Origin: Solirubrobacterales bacterium
GTDB taxonomy: Bacteria; Actinomycetota; Thermoleophilia; Solirubrobacterales; JACPNS01
Reading direction: 5' to 3'
Assembly: GCA_049274915.1 (NCBI GenBank)
Contig: JBASTN010000046.1
Location: forward strand, 6,519-70,518
Length of the DNA stretch: 64,000 nt
The notes beneath the pieces were generated by a model. It saw nothing but the letters and a program-made list of their open reading frames with translations, was not told where the DNA came from and made no database searches. Below are positions 47,115 through 56,290 of this stretch, in pieces; position 1 is the first letter of the stretch; every line of letters starts with the position of its first letter. The position numbers were made by a program, and so were the translations under genes.

Positions 47115-48062
47115 TTACCGCGACGATGAGCGCCGGCCGCTGCGCTTGCGGCTCGACGACGAACTGCGAGAGGACGAATCCTTCGACGATCGGCCGTGGG
47201 ACGATCGTCCCTGGCTCGGCTCCGCGCCGTTCTCAGCTGGCTGCGGCTTGATGTTCTCTTTGGCGATGCGGTTGAGGATCTTGCCGAAGGCGTCTTCGGC
47301 GGCCCCATCCATATTCACCTTGAAGCCGGCGAGCATGACCTCGGCGGCGAGCGGACGCAACGCGGTGATCGCGGCGACGACCTGCGGAAAGCTCTCGGGC
47401 GGGAAGCCATCTTTCTCGAACGGGCGAACGATGCCGACGTCGACCATCTTCGTAAATGCGTCCGCGATCGCGCGCGAGTGGCTGTGGACCATCGAGAGCA
47501 CGTCGAGCAAAGTCTCCAGCGAGATCCCGAGCTCGACGCACTGAACGCCGGCACGCATAATCGTCGGGCTGAGCACCTCGAAACGCTGTCCGTCGAGCGG
47601 AACGACGAACCCGAGGTCGATCGCCTTGCGCAAAATCTTGCTGTCGACCTCCACCCCGAGCTGTTGGGCCAGCTCGTACAGATCGACGACCTCGCTCTGT
47701 TCTTCGGCGAACGGAGTCAGCACGAGGCTGCGCAGGTTGCCGATGTCGTCACCGGTCTGTTCGGCGCGCTCGACGAGTCGCTGGATCGCCGTCAGGTTGA
47801 AGCCGCCCGACTGAAGCTGCTGAATCAGTTCGAGACGGGCGACGTGACGGCCGTTGTAATAACCGATCCGACCCTTGACGTCAGGCGCCGGCAGCAGGCC
47901 ACGCGACTGATGCGCGCGGATGTTGCGGACGGTCATTCCGGTGTGCTGCGCGAGTTCGTCAATCGTCATCTCGCCGACCGGCACCCCTTCAATCGGCGCG
48001 ATCGACTGGACGTTTTGGCTGGAATCTGCGGGGTTCATGATCGCCACAAGCTTATCGGTCAA
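47115..48062 (-). CDS. MerR-family transcriptional regulator with large C-terminal domain and Ser/Arg-rich tail (start uncertain)
   Basis: MTIDELAQHTGMTVRNIRAHQSRGLLPAP is a MerR HTH. The tail is SSKDSSSRSSSSSRKRSGRRSSSR. Possible starts are TTG 48062, ATG 48038 and ATG 47969. Confidence 0.8.
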   Translation of the reverse strand: MTDKLVAIMNPADSSQNVQSIAPIEGVPVGEMTIDELAQHTGMTVRNIRAHQSRGLLPAPDVKGRIGYYNGRHVARLELIQQLQSGGFNLTAIQRLVERAEQTGDDIGNLRSLVLTPFAEEQSEVVDLYELAQQLGVEVDSKILRKAIDLGFVVPLDGQRFEVLSPTIMRAGVQCVELGISLETLLDVLSMVHSHSRAIADAFTKMVDVGIVRPFEKDGFPPESFPQVVAAITALRPLAAEVMLAGFKVNMDGAAEDAFGKILNRIAKENIKPQPAENGAEPSQGRSSHGRSSKDSSSRSSSSSRKRSGRRSSSR

Positions 48063-48064
48063 AG

Positions 48065-48106
48065 CGTGTGTCTATGTAACATAGTTTTGTGTAACATGAA
48101 CACATG
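48065..48106. promoter_or_regulatory. AT-rich imperfect 42-bp dyad, candidate MerR operator / divergent promoter
   Basis: CGTGTGTCTATGTAACATAGTTTTGTGTAACATGAACACATG. It contains the perfect palindrome CTATGTAACATAG (48072-48084), TGTAACAT twice, and TGTGT...ACACA arms. It lies between two divergent genes. Confidence 0.5.
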
Positions 48107-50017
48107 CAATCAATAACCCCGCTTTTCGCTGCAGCTGAAGCAGCCCCCGCCGGCGGAGCAGAGACCAAAGAGGTCTTGATCGCGTCGGTCATGGTCGGTG
48201 CAATCTTCAGCCTGCTGGTACTCACCGCGCTCGCGCACCGCGCCGGCCGGATCAAGATTCTCGACCGGCTCGGCTACTTCGCCGGGCGCCAACTCAGCCT
48301 CCCCAATTGGGTCGCACTGCCCAGCGCGATCCTCGTCGGCTCATTGTTTTCAGCGGTCTTCGGCCTCTACTGGGACATTTCGCTACACCTCAGCCAAGGC
48401 CGCGACGCAGGTCCGCTGGCAAATCCCTCTCACTACTTCATCCTTGTTGGCCTGCTCGGCTGCTTCAGCGCCGGCGTCTTGGCAATCACTATGCCGAAGC
48501 CAGGCACTCGTCCCAGTCCATACTCGATTCGTCTAACCGACCAGTGGTACGCACCGCTGGGAGGCGTCCTGATCGCTGCTTCTGCGGCCTTCGGACTCAC
48601 AGGCTTTCCGCTCGACGACCTCTGGCACCGCATGTTTGGCCAGGACGTCACGCTCTGGGGACCGACACACCTGTTGATGCTCGCCGGCGCGTCTCTGACT
48701 CTAATCGGCCAGGCGATTCTGCTGGTCGAGGGAGTCCGCGCGGGCGAATCAGAAGACTTCAAGCCTCGCTTCGGCGAGCGCGGCAACGCGATCGCCAACA
48801 AGATCCGTAAAGGCTGTGCCGGCGGTGGCATCCTCGTCGCACTCTCGATCTACCAGGGCGAGTTCGACTTCGGTATCCCGCAGTTCCAGCTCGTCTTTCA
48901 CCCGATCATGATCTTGGCCGCGGCCGGGACTGCGCTGGTCTTCGCTCGTTCGTGGGCGGGGCGTGGTGGCGCGCTGATCGCAGTGACTCTGTATCTGATT
49001 GTGCGTTCGGTGCTGGCGCTGCTCGTGGCGGGAGTGTTCGATCGCCCGACTCCCCACTTCCCTCTGTACATCGGTGCCGCACTCGCCGTCGAGGCAGCAG
49101 CGCTGCTGACGGCTTCCTCAGGCAAGTCCAACCCGATGAAGTTCGCGGCCGTCGCCGGGCTCGGAGTCGGCACGTTCGGCTTGGCGGCCGAGTGGGGCTG
49201 GTCTCACGTCTGGATGATCTTCCCGTGGCCGTCGAGCCTCTGGCCCGAGGGCGCGATCGCCGGCTTCATCGCCGCGATCGCCGGCGCCTCGGTCGGCGCC
49301 TGGATGGCCAACTCCCTCTCGATGCGACCACGCCTAGTCGGAGCAACGCGCTTCGCGCCCGTGCTCGGCGTGATCGCGGTCTTCGCGCTGGTCGGCTACG
49401 GCCTCAGCGAGGATCGGCGCCACGATGTCACGGCCTCGGTCACGACGCAGACCGTCGACACCGGTAAGCCCGGCCGATGGATCACCGCGACCGTCAAGCT
49501 CAACACGACCGATTTTGACGACACCCCGAAGTGGGCCCAGGGACTCGCGTGGCAAGGGCCGGGCTTCGTCAACGCCGATCTGGTTCACACCGGACCGGGA
49601 TCTTTCGCGCTCAACACTCCCCTACCGGCGTCGGGGAAGTGGAAGACGGTTTTACGCTTCCACTCAGGAAACGCGATCATCGGCATGCCGCTCTTTGAGC
49701 CGCGTGACGACGCTATTCCTGCCCCAGAAACCCCGGCGCCGGCCAACTTCACGCGCGCGCTGCAGCCCGACCGCGAAATTCTCCAACGCGAGAGCACGGT
49801 CGACGGCGGCACGACGGCGATGGCCGGCTACTTCACGATGCTGGCGATCGCCCTCAGTCTGCTCGGTGCGCTCGGCTGGGGCATCGCCCGCGTCGGCAAA
49901 CCCGACGACGTCGACAGCGGCACGAGCAGTGGGGCAGGAGCCGGCGGCATCCCTGAAGGAGACGCACCGTCAGGCCCGTCGCGTGGGGCTAAGCCCCTGA
50001 CTCCGCACGCTGCTTGA
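48104..50017 (+). CDS. Large polytopic membrane protein of unknown function with extracytoplasmic C-terminal domain
   Basis: 637 aa with more than 10 TM helices. The motif PLDDLWHRMFGQDVTLWGPTHLLML is followed by a beta-rich segment and a final TM helix. No family recognised. Confidence 0.6.
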   Translation: MQSITPLFAAAEAAPAGGAETKEVLIASVMVGAIFSLLVLTALAHRAGRIKILDRLGYFAGRQLSLPNWVALPSAILVGSLFSAVFGLYWDISLHLSQGRDAGPLANPSHYFILVGLLGCFSAGVLAITMPKPGTRPSPYSIRLTDQWYAPLGGVLIAASAAFGLTGFPLDDLWHRMFGQDVTLWGPTHLLMLAGASLTLIGQAILLVEGVRAGESEDFKPRFGERGNAIANKIRKGCAGGGILVALSIYQGEFDFGIPQFQLVFHPIMILAAAGTALVFARSWAGRGGALIAVTLYLIVRSVLALLVAGVFDRPTPHFPLYIGAALAVEAAALLTASSGKSNPMKFAAVAGLGVGTFGLAAEWGWSHVWMIFPWPSSLWPEGAIAGFIAAIAGASVGAWMANSLSMRPRLVGATRFAPVLGVIAVFALVGYGLSEDRRHDVTASVTTQTVDTGKPGRWITATVKLNTTDFDDTPKWAQGLAWQGPGFVNADLVHTGPGSFALNTPLPASGKWKTVLRFHSGNAIIGMPLFEPRDDAIPAPETPAPANFTRALQPDREILQRESTVDGGTTAMAGYFTMLAIALSLLGALGWGIARVGKPDDVDSGTSSGAGAGGIPEGDAPSGPSRGAKPLTPHAA

Positions 50018-50420
50018 TCGCAGCGTTGAAGCGCCAGTGAATCTGATTTGCGAGCCTGGTCGTCAGCCCTTTCGAGGCGCTGGGGACCAGGCCCGTGAAC
50101 TCCTCGCGATGGCGAAACAGCGACCGGCCTGAAGGCAGCGGCTCGATGATGAAACTGTGGTCGGCGATCAGCACGCCGGGCACGCCGCCGACCCAGCGAA
50201 ATGTCGAGTTCGGCTCGACCACAGCCATCTTCGGGAAGAACGGCAGCTTGATCTTCGGGCCGAGTGACAGCGTGCCGCGCAGCGTCTTGCCGGCCTTCAG
50301 CTTGCCCTTCATCCGCGGCGAGAGCGGGTTCCACTCGGGGTACGAGTCGAAATCCGCGAGGATCGCCCAGAGTTGCTGCGGCGTGGCGTCGATCTCGACT
50401 TCATTGCTGACGGTGAGCAT
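49989..50420 (-). CDS. SRPBCC (START/polyketide cyclase-like) family protein
   Basis: MLTVSNEVEIDATPQQLWAILADFDSYPEWNP is a typical N-terminus, and the size is 143 aa. Confidence 0.8.
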   Translation of the reverse strand: MLTVSNEVEIDATPQQLWAILADFDSYPEWNPLSPRMKGKLKAGKTLRGTLSLGPKIKLPFFPKMAVVEPNSTFRWVGGVPGVLIADHSFIIEPLPSGRSLFRHREEFTGLVPSASKGLTTRLANQIHWRFNAAIKQRAESGA

Positions 50421-50536
50421 CTGAATCCTTTGCTGAGCTTGGCGATTGCAGGCGGCGCCGTTGCGAGCCAGCGATTGAACACGGTGAATGTTAGACAGAT
50501 CGCGTCGCAGCGCTCGGAGTCTCCTAGGATTCCCCC

Positions 50537-50608
50537 GGGTCCTTAGCTCAACTGGTAGAGCATCGGGCTTTTAACCCGGCGGACAGGGTTCGAGTCCCTG
50601 AGGACCCA
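50537..50608 (+). tRNA. tRNA-Lys (anticodon TTT)
   Basis: GGGTCCTTAGCTCAACTGGTAGAGCATCGGGCTTTTAACCCGGCGGACAGGGTTCGAGTCCCTGAGGACCCA. Acceptor is GGGTCCT/AGGACCC, the anticodon loop is CTTTTAA, and the T arm is CAGGG-TTCGAGT-CCCTG. Confidence 0.95.
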
Positions 50609-50674
50609 TTCAACTCGATTCGCCGGTTTATGCCTACCCCCAAGTAGCCAAACCCCCCGGCTACAGTCGGCGCG

Positions 50675-52273
50675 ATGGGGCGGCCGCAACGCGATCTCGT
50701 CATCTGCTGTGACGGCACCTGGATCTCCCAGGGGCGGGGTCAGCTGTCGAGTATCGGCCGCATCGCGCAGCTTGCCGCGCTGTCGAACAATGCCAGCGCA
50801 GAGACCGAGCACAACCTCGTGTTCTACTCGCGCGGAGTCGGTACGAACAACTTTGCGGATGGGCTCGTGGGTGGCGGGATCGGCGACGGGATGGAGTCGC
50901 ACATCGTCGACGCGTACCACTTCCTGGTCCACAACTACGTCGCCGGCGACCGGATCTTTCTGTTCGGGTTCTCGCGCGGCGCGTTCACCGTTCGTTGCCT
51001 CGCCGGCATGCTCGACGAGATCGGACTGCTCAAGCGCGAGCACGCAATTCAGATCCATCACGCATACCGACGCTTCCGCCGGAGGATGATCGACAAGGAC
51101 TATCCGATCGCCTTTGTCGAGAATCAGCTGCACCGCCCAGAGATTCAGTTCCTCGGTGTCTTCGACACAGTCGGTGCGGCCGGCGTACCGATTCGCGGAC
51201 TCGACACGACGCGCCGCTTCCGCAACCATCTCCTGCCTGCGAAGGTCCGCTTCGCCCGGCACGCGCTGGCGATCAACGAGCCGCGCTCATTGTTCTTACC
51301 GACGGTATGGGAAGGACTGGAGGACGAGGATGATTCGCAGCAGCCGATCGGCGACACCCGGGTCGTCGAGCCCGAGACCGCCTCAGCCGACGAAGTTCTG
51401 CCGCGTGTCAAGCAGGTTTGGTTCGCGGGAGTGCACGGCGACGTCGGCGGCGCCTACGCCCGTGCCGACTTGCTGGAGCACGGGCACCTCGGACGCTTTC
51501 CATTCGAGTGGATGCTGCAAGAGGCGAAGGCTTGCGGATTCACTTATGACCCGGCCACCGCACACGAGATGATCAGCGCACTTAAGCCCGTGCCCGAGGA
51601 TCTCGGGACCTATGTGATGCATGACTCGATGGCGCATTTCTATTGGATCTTCGACAAGTTCCGTTACCTGTCACGCGTGATCACGCAAGGCGATACACGG
51701 TTCTTCCGGCGCTACATCGAGGCATCTAAAGCAGTCGACCAGTCGATCCACGAGTCTGCTTTGAACATGTATTTGCTCGACCGAGACCACACCCCTGGCG
51801 GCACCGAGAAGCGGCGGCTTGTCATCGAGCGCAGGACTGCGTGGCTGTGGCGCGGACCGCGACACTTCCGGTTCTCGCGCAATCGGGAGATGCAATCGCT
51901 AGAAGCGGCGATCCGAGAACAACTCGAGGCCTCGCCGTCGACGGCCGACATCGACTTCGTCGGGCATACGCCGATTACCGCGGGTGCAGTCGAGGGCGTA
52001 GCGTTCCAGCCTCGGATCCGATGGGTGAATCGCGTGGCCCGGGTCGCCATTTGGATCGCCGCGATCGCGGCCGCCTTGTATTACGGAGTGATCCTCGGCG
52101 GGAAGTGGCTGTTCGGCACTGCCCTACCGGATCTCTGGGATGCAATCGTCGATGTACTCCCAAGCGATCTCAAGACCTGGCTGATCGCGATCGCGGCGAT
52201 CGCGATCGGCGGCGTGGCGTACTCGTTCTATCTCACACGCAAACGGCTCTACGGCTTCAAGTACTTGCGGTGA
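50675..52273 (+). CDS. DUF2235 (Tle1-like alpha/beta hydrolase/phospholipase domain) protein with C-terminal double TM anchor
   Basis: LVICCDGTW, VFYSRGVGT, the DRIFLFGFSRGAFTVRCLAGML (GxSxG) motif and LGVFDTVGAAG are present. The last ~70 residues contain two hydrophobic helices. Confidence 0.75.
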   Translation: MGRPQRDLVICCDGTWISQGRGQLSSIGRIAQLAALSNNASAETEHNLVFYSRGVGTNNFADGLVGGGIGDGMESHIVDAYHFLVHNYVAGDRIFLFGFSRGAFTVRCLAGMLDEIGLLKREHAIQIHHAYRRFRRRMIDKDYPIAFVENQLHRPEIQFLGVFDTVGAAGVPIRGLDTTRRFRNHLLPAKVRFARHALAINEPRSLFLPTVWEGLEDEDDSQQPIGDTRVVEPETASADEVLPRVKQVWFAGVHGDVGGAYARADLLEHGHLGRFPFEWMLQEAKACGFTYDPATAHEMISALKPVPEDLGTYVMHDSMAHFYWIFDKFRYLSRVITQGDTRFFRRYIEASKAVDQSIHESALNMYLLDRDHTPGGTEKRRLVIERRTAWLWRGPRHFRFSRNREMQSLEAAIREQLEASPSTADIDFVGHTPITAGAVEGVAFQPRIRWVNRVARVAIWIAAIAAALYYGVILGGKWLFGTALPDLWDAIVDVLPSDLKTWLIAIAAIAIGGVAYSFYLTRKRLYGFKYLR

Positions 52274-52434
52274 CGAGGGCGTTGCCCTCGGCGGGTGCGC
52301 CGACTACGCCGCAGAGCTGGCGGCAGCGATCGCCGCGATGTGGCGATGCTCGCCATAGTCGGGCCAACTGAAGCAGATTGGCGGAGGGCGGGCGCCCGGG
52401 GCGAGCGACAGTAGTATCGCCTCTACTGATCCGC

Positions 52435-53025
52435 ATGAGTACCGAGTCAAGTCCTTCACCAGCACCTACCCTCGCCGCCGAGCTGCCGGACGGCGTTCGT
52501 CTGATCGAGCTCACGACCCACGCCGATGATCGGGGATCATTCACCGAGCTGTTTCGGAGCGAGTGGGACACCGGGTTTACGCCGGTGCAGTGGAACCTCG
52601 TGCACACCGGCGCCGGAGTCATGCGCGGAGTCCACGTGCACGTCAAGCACACTGACTACTTGCTGATCGTCGATGGCGAGATGACGTTGGCGCTGAGCGA
52701 TCTGCGCGATGGGTCACCGACCAAGGGGCTGACCACCACTGTGCTGCTGAGCGCTGACTCGATGCGGACGGCAGTGATTCCGCCGGGAGTGGCTCACGGC
52801 TTCCTCTTTGAGCGGCCCGGGGTGCTCGTCTACGGCGTCGACCGCGTATGGGACATCGACGACGAACTCGGCGTGCGGTGGGACGATCCAGATCTCGGAA
52901 TCGAGTGGCCGGCGGAGCCGTCGATCGTCAACGACCGAGATCGTGAACTGCAGTCGCTCGATCAACTGCTGGCAGAACTGGCCCCGTTGCAACCCGGGCT
53001 TTGGCCTCCGCCACCGGCAACCTGA
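52435..53025 (+). CDS. dTDP-4-dehydrorhamnose 3,5-epimerase-like cupin (RmlC family), copy 1
   Basis: DDRGSFTELFR, QWNLVHTGAGVMRGVHVH, DLRDGSPTKG and IPPGVAHGF are present. I place the start at ATG 52435. Confidence 0.8.
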   Translation: MSTESSPSPAPTLAAELPDGVRLIELTTHADDRGSFTELFRSEWDTGFTPVQWNLVHTGAGVMRGVHVHVKHTDYLLIVDGEMTLALSDLRDGSPTKGLTTTVLLSADSMRTAVIPPGVAHGFLFERPGVLVYGVDRVWDIDDELGVRWDDPDLGIEWPAEPSIVNDRDRELQSLDQLLAELAPLQPGLWPPPPAT

Positions 53026-53039
53026 CCGACGACGCAAGG

Positions 53040-53612
53040 ATGCGCATACAAGAACTACCGCACGGTGTCGAACTGATCGATCTCGATCAACGCGCCGACG
53101 AGCGCGGGTCATTCACTGAGATCTTTCGCGACAGCTGGTCGACCGGCGTCACGCCGATCCAGTGGAATGCCGTGCACTCAAACCCAGGAGTCTTACGCGG
53201 CGTCCACGTCCATCTCAAGCACGCCGACTACCTGCTGATGGCTTCGGGCTCGATGGCGCTGGCGCTACGCGACATGCGCGAGGCATCGCCATCCGCAGGC
53301 ACGGCGATGACCGTCGAACTCGCCACTGAGCAGCGGCGAGCCGTCGCAATCCCGCCCGGTGTCGCTCACGGATTTCTCTTCAGCGAGCCCTCGATCCACG
53401 TTTACGCTGTCAGCGAGTACTGGGACCTCGCCGATGAGCTCGGCTGTCGCTTCGACGACCCGGCGCTCGAGCTCGACTGGCCGATCACACCGACACTGGT
53501 CAGCCGGCGAGATCTCGAGCTTCCGTCATTTGACGATCTAGTCGAAACGCTGAAACCTCACCAAGCGAGGTTTGCCGAGGAGCTGCCAACCGCGCAGAGC
53601 GTCAGCGCTTGA
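53040..53612 (+). CDS. dTDP-4-dehydrorhamnose 3,5-epimerase-like cupin (RmlC family), copy 2
   Basis: DERGSFTEIFR, QWNAVHSNPGVLRGVHVH and IPPGVAHGF are present. ATG 53040 is preceded by AAGGA. Confidence 0.8.
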   Translation: MRIQELPHGVELIDLDQRADERGSFTEIFRDSWSTGVTPIQWNAVHSNPGVLRGVHVHLKHADYLLMASGSMALALRDMREASPSAGTAMTVELATEQRRAVAIPPGVAHGFLFSEPSIHVYAVSEYWDLADELGCRFDDPALELDWPITPTLVSRRDLELPSFDDLVETLKPHQARFAEELPTAQSVSA

Positions 53613-54492
53613 GCCAACGCTTGATCGCCCGCAACCCTGAGGGCCTGCGTTCGAGCTCAGCGTGTGCCTGATCCAATCGTTCTTCGAGCTGTTCCGAGAG
53701 CTCGCGGTAGTAGATCGAGTCTGCCTGCCGCGCGGCGGCGTGGCGATACAGATCGTCGGTGATCTGCTGCCGCAGTTCGGCCGACTGCGCCGGGTCGCGC
53801 AACCGCGCCATCAAGGCTTCTAGCTGTGCGCATCTGGCCTCATCTGAGTCTTCGCGCTCGGGATCGCCGGCCGGCACGTGCAGCGACGTCACCGTTCCGC
53901 CGCAGCCGTAGCGCAAACCATCGATTCGCAGAAACTGCTGCCAACAAGTCAGATCGCCAAACCCGCCCGGCGGGACGTCCGGCGTCCAGCCGGTCCCGAG
54001 CCTGTTGTACGACTCACGTGTGTGAGCCAACGCGCACGGCGACATGTCGTTGAGACCGGCGAGCATCCGCTCGCGATACGTCGGCGTGGACATGTCCGTG
54101 TAATAGAGATTGATCGTGCCGTTGGCGAACGCGCAGACGCTCAACGTGTGGACGAAGTCGTGGCCGGGGATCAGCCGCATCATCGTCTCGAGGTGATCGT
54201 CGAACCAGAGATCGTCGTCGGATAGGTAACAAATGACATCACCGGCGGCGTGCTGCAGGGCGTCGTGTCGCCAGTTCTCACCGTGCCTGGGGCCCTTTGG
54301 GTTGTCGAAGAATCGGGCACGCGAATCCTCGGCGGCGTAGCGCTCTGCGATTGCCCGGCCGGTGTCGATGATTCCGTCGCCGACGATGAAGTGCTCGTAC
54401 TCGGTGAAGGTCTGCCGCTGGGCCGACTCGATCGCGTACTCGAGCGTCGGGCCGTTATTGAACGAAGGCGTGATGATCGTGATCGCCGGCAT
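53602..54492 (-). CDS. Glycosyltransferase family 2
   Basis: ITIITPSFNNGPTLEYAIESAQRQTF...HFIVGDG and the DDD acceptor region CYLSDDDLW. Confidence 0.85.
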   Translation of the reverse strand: MPAITIITPSFNNGPTLEYAIESAQRQTFTEYEHFIVGDGIIDTGRAIAERYAAEDSRARFFDNPKGPRHGENWRHDALQHAAGDVICYLSDDDLWFDDHLETMMRLIPGHDFVHTLSVCAFANGTINLYYTDMSTPTYRERMLAGLNDMSPCALAHTRESYNRLGTGWTPDVPPGGFGDLTCWQQFLRIDGLRYGCGGTVTSLHVPAGDPEREDSDEARCAQLEALMARLRDPAQSAELRQQITDDLYRHAAARQADSIYYRELSEQLEERLDQAHAELERRPSGLRAIKRWLKR

Positions 54493-54501
54493 CGAGCGAG
54501 G

Positions 54502-55416
54502 TTAAAGCGCCGGACGGCCCGCCGCAACCGGTACTCCGGCAAGCTCGCGTAGCCGCTCGACTACCTCGACTGTTCGAAGGCCTTCGGCCGCCGAGCTGAC
54601 CGGCGCTGGGCCACCGCCGATGTATTCGACGAACGCTTTTAGCTCAAGCAACAGCGGCATCTCGGTGGAAACCGGAACTTCTTCTGGCTCGTCGCCGAAC
54701 TCACGGACGATGATGTGGTCGGCAAGCGGATCGACCATGAAGACCACCCCGCGCTCGCAGACCACCGAAATCTCGCGTCCCCTAGTCAGCGCCGATGAGG
54801 ATGTCTCGGCGGTGTGCCATGGAGCCGTGCCCATCTGCGCCTGCATGTGCGTGACGCCCGTGTCATCGAGCGCGGCGACGGCCGTGACCGGCTCGAGCAC
54901 ATCGCCGAAGACCTCAACTGCAATCGACAGTTCGTGCGGCATCAGAATCCACGCCGAGTCGACGTCACGACGCTGAATCTGGGCATCGGTCCGGCGCGTA
55001 CGCAACCCGACGATCTCACCAAGTCGACCAGAACGTGCGATCTCCGCGATCTTCAACACACCGTCGTGGTAGCGCCACTTGTCCATCACAAACAGGCGAT
55101 CGCCGAGTCGTTCTGCGAGATCACGTGCGTGTTCGACGTGGCAAGTCATCGGCTTCTCGACGAAGATCGGCACGTCTAAGGGAGCGACCGCGTCGATCAT
55201 CGCCGCGTGCGTCCCGGTCGGCGTGCAGATAACGACACCGTCGACATCGGCGAGCTCGGTTACGTCCTCGACGATCTTGGTGACGCCAGACGCCGAGGCA
55301 TTTGCCTTCGATTCCTCGGAGCGACAGACGGCCGTAACGTCCACGCCGAGTGAGACGAGATCACGAGCGGCGTGACGCCCCCAGTGCCCGACCCCGATGA
55401 TCCCGACCGTGCTCAA
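54502..55416 (-). CDS. Gfo/Idh/MocA-family oxidoreductase
   Basis: VGIIGVGHWGRHAARDL is an N-terminal Rossmann motif. FVEKPMT also matches the family pattern. Confidence 0.8.
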   Translation of the reverse strand: MSTVGIIGVGHWGRHAARDLVSLGVDVTAVCRSEESKANASASGVTKIVEDVTELADVDGVVICTPTGTHAAMIDAVAPLDVPIFVEKPMTCHVEHARDLAERLGDRLFVMDKWRYHDGVLKIAEIARSGRLGEIVGLRTRRTDAQIQRRDVDSAWILMPHELSIAVEVFGDVLEPVTAVAALDDTGVTHMQAQMGTAPWHTAETSSSALTRGREISVVCERGVVFMVDPLADHIIVREFGDEPEEVPVSTEMPLLLELKAFVEYIGGGPAPVSSAAEGLRTVEVVERLRELAGVPVAAGRPAL

Positions 55417-55425
55417 ACCGCGAAC

Positions 55426-55812
55426 TCAGGCCGTTTGCTGCGTTGCGCGCCGGACCAGCCGGATCACGAGATACTGCAACGGCAGCCGAGCCCACAACGA
55501 CCATGCCGGAAACTGTTTGAAGCGCTCGGCATTGACCGCCATATTGATGTTCGCTGGGAAGACGGCCAGTAGCAACGCAGTCAATCCCTTACCGGCAAGC
55601 CTGCGCGTCTGCGGGATCAGCACACCGAGCGCGCCTGCTAATTCGGCTACACCCGAGATATAGACCAGCAGTTTCGGATTCGGCAGGCTCTTCGGGACGA
55701 TCGCCGTGTAAAAGCGCTCGTGCGTGAAGTGCATGACGCCGGACCCTGCAAATCCAGCAGCAACGGCGAACTGCTTAAGACCGGGGCGACGACGCGGCGT
55801 GGTTGAACTCAT
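55426..55812 (-). CDS. DoxX-like small membrane protein
   Basis: FAVAAGFAGSGVMHF...ISGVAELAGALGVLIP...LLAVFPANI, with 3-4 TM helices. I place the start at ATG 55812. Confidence 0.6.
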   Translation of the reverse strand: MSSTTPRRRPGLKQFAVAAGFAGSGVMHFTHERFYTAIVPKSLPNPKLLVYISGVAELAGALGVLIPQTRRLAGKGLTALLLAVFPANINMAVNAERFKQFPAWSLWARLPLQYLVIRLVRRATQQTA

Positions 55813-55867
55813 GGTGGCGGATCGTAGCCGGATTACGCGGGGCCGCTGGTAATCTGGCGTCACTCAC

Positions 55868-55939
55868 GGCCCGATCGTCTAATGGTTAGGACGTCGGCTT
55901 TTCAAGCCGAAAACCGGGGTTCGACTCCCCGTCGGGCTA
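55868..55939 (+). tRNA. tRNA-Glu (anticodon TTC)
   Basis: GGCCCGATCGTCTAATGGTTAGGACGTCGGCTTTTCAAGCCGAAAACCGGGGTTCGACTCCCCGTCGGGCTA. The anticodon loop is TTTTCAA, the T arm is CGGGG-TTCGACT-CCCCG, and G1.U72 is a wobble pair. Confidence 0.92.
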
Positions 55940-55973
55940 CTTTGGGTCACCGCGACGTGAACGTGACAAATTA

Positions 55974-55993
55974 ACCCGCATAACCATGCGGGT
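55974..55993 (+). terminator. Hairpin + TT after tRNA-Glu
   Basis: ACCCGCAT-AACC-ATGCGGGT followed by TT. Confidence 0.45.
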
Positions 55994-56203
55994 TTGCCGT
56001 GGTCAATGAACGTGACCAATTAAGTACGGCGACCGGCCGTAGCGACCGAGAAGTCTGCAAAATAGCTGCCGATGGAGCTGCACCACAGCTTCTATCGCTA
56101 GCGACGGTGGAAGGGGTCCGTTCTTGGCGAACAAAACGCGAACGTCAACTCGCAGACCGAGTCAAATCGAGACAATCGTGACAAACAAAAACCGCATACC
56201 TAA

Positions 56204-56290
56204 GCCCTCCGCCTGACTCAAAGAGACCCATTTAGACACCTCAGCGCGATGGTAAGGAAGGGGTCTCCGGTTCGAGTCCGGAAGAGGGCT
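56204..56290 (+). other. tRNA-like remnant (intact T arm + acceptor 3' strand; no valid D/anticodon arms)
   Basis: TCCGG-TTCGAGT-CCGGA then AGAGGGC at 56266-56289. This pairs with GCCCTCC at 56204-56210, but the intervening 53 nt cannot be folded into D and anticodon arms. Confidence 0.35.

Noticed and set aside
56204-56290. Functional tRNA (type II or selenocysteine) downstream of tRNA-Glu.
   Set aside because: Only the T arm and acceptor pair. No D stem, no 5-bp anticodon stem with a 7-nt loop, and no GG in a D loop could be found. It is kept only as a tRNA-like remnant.
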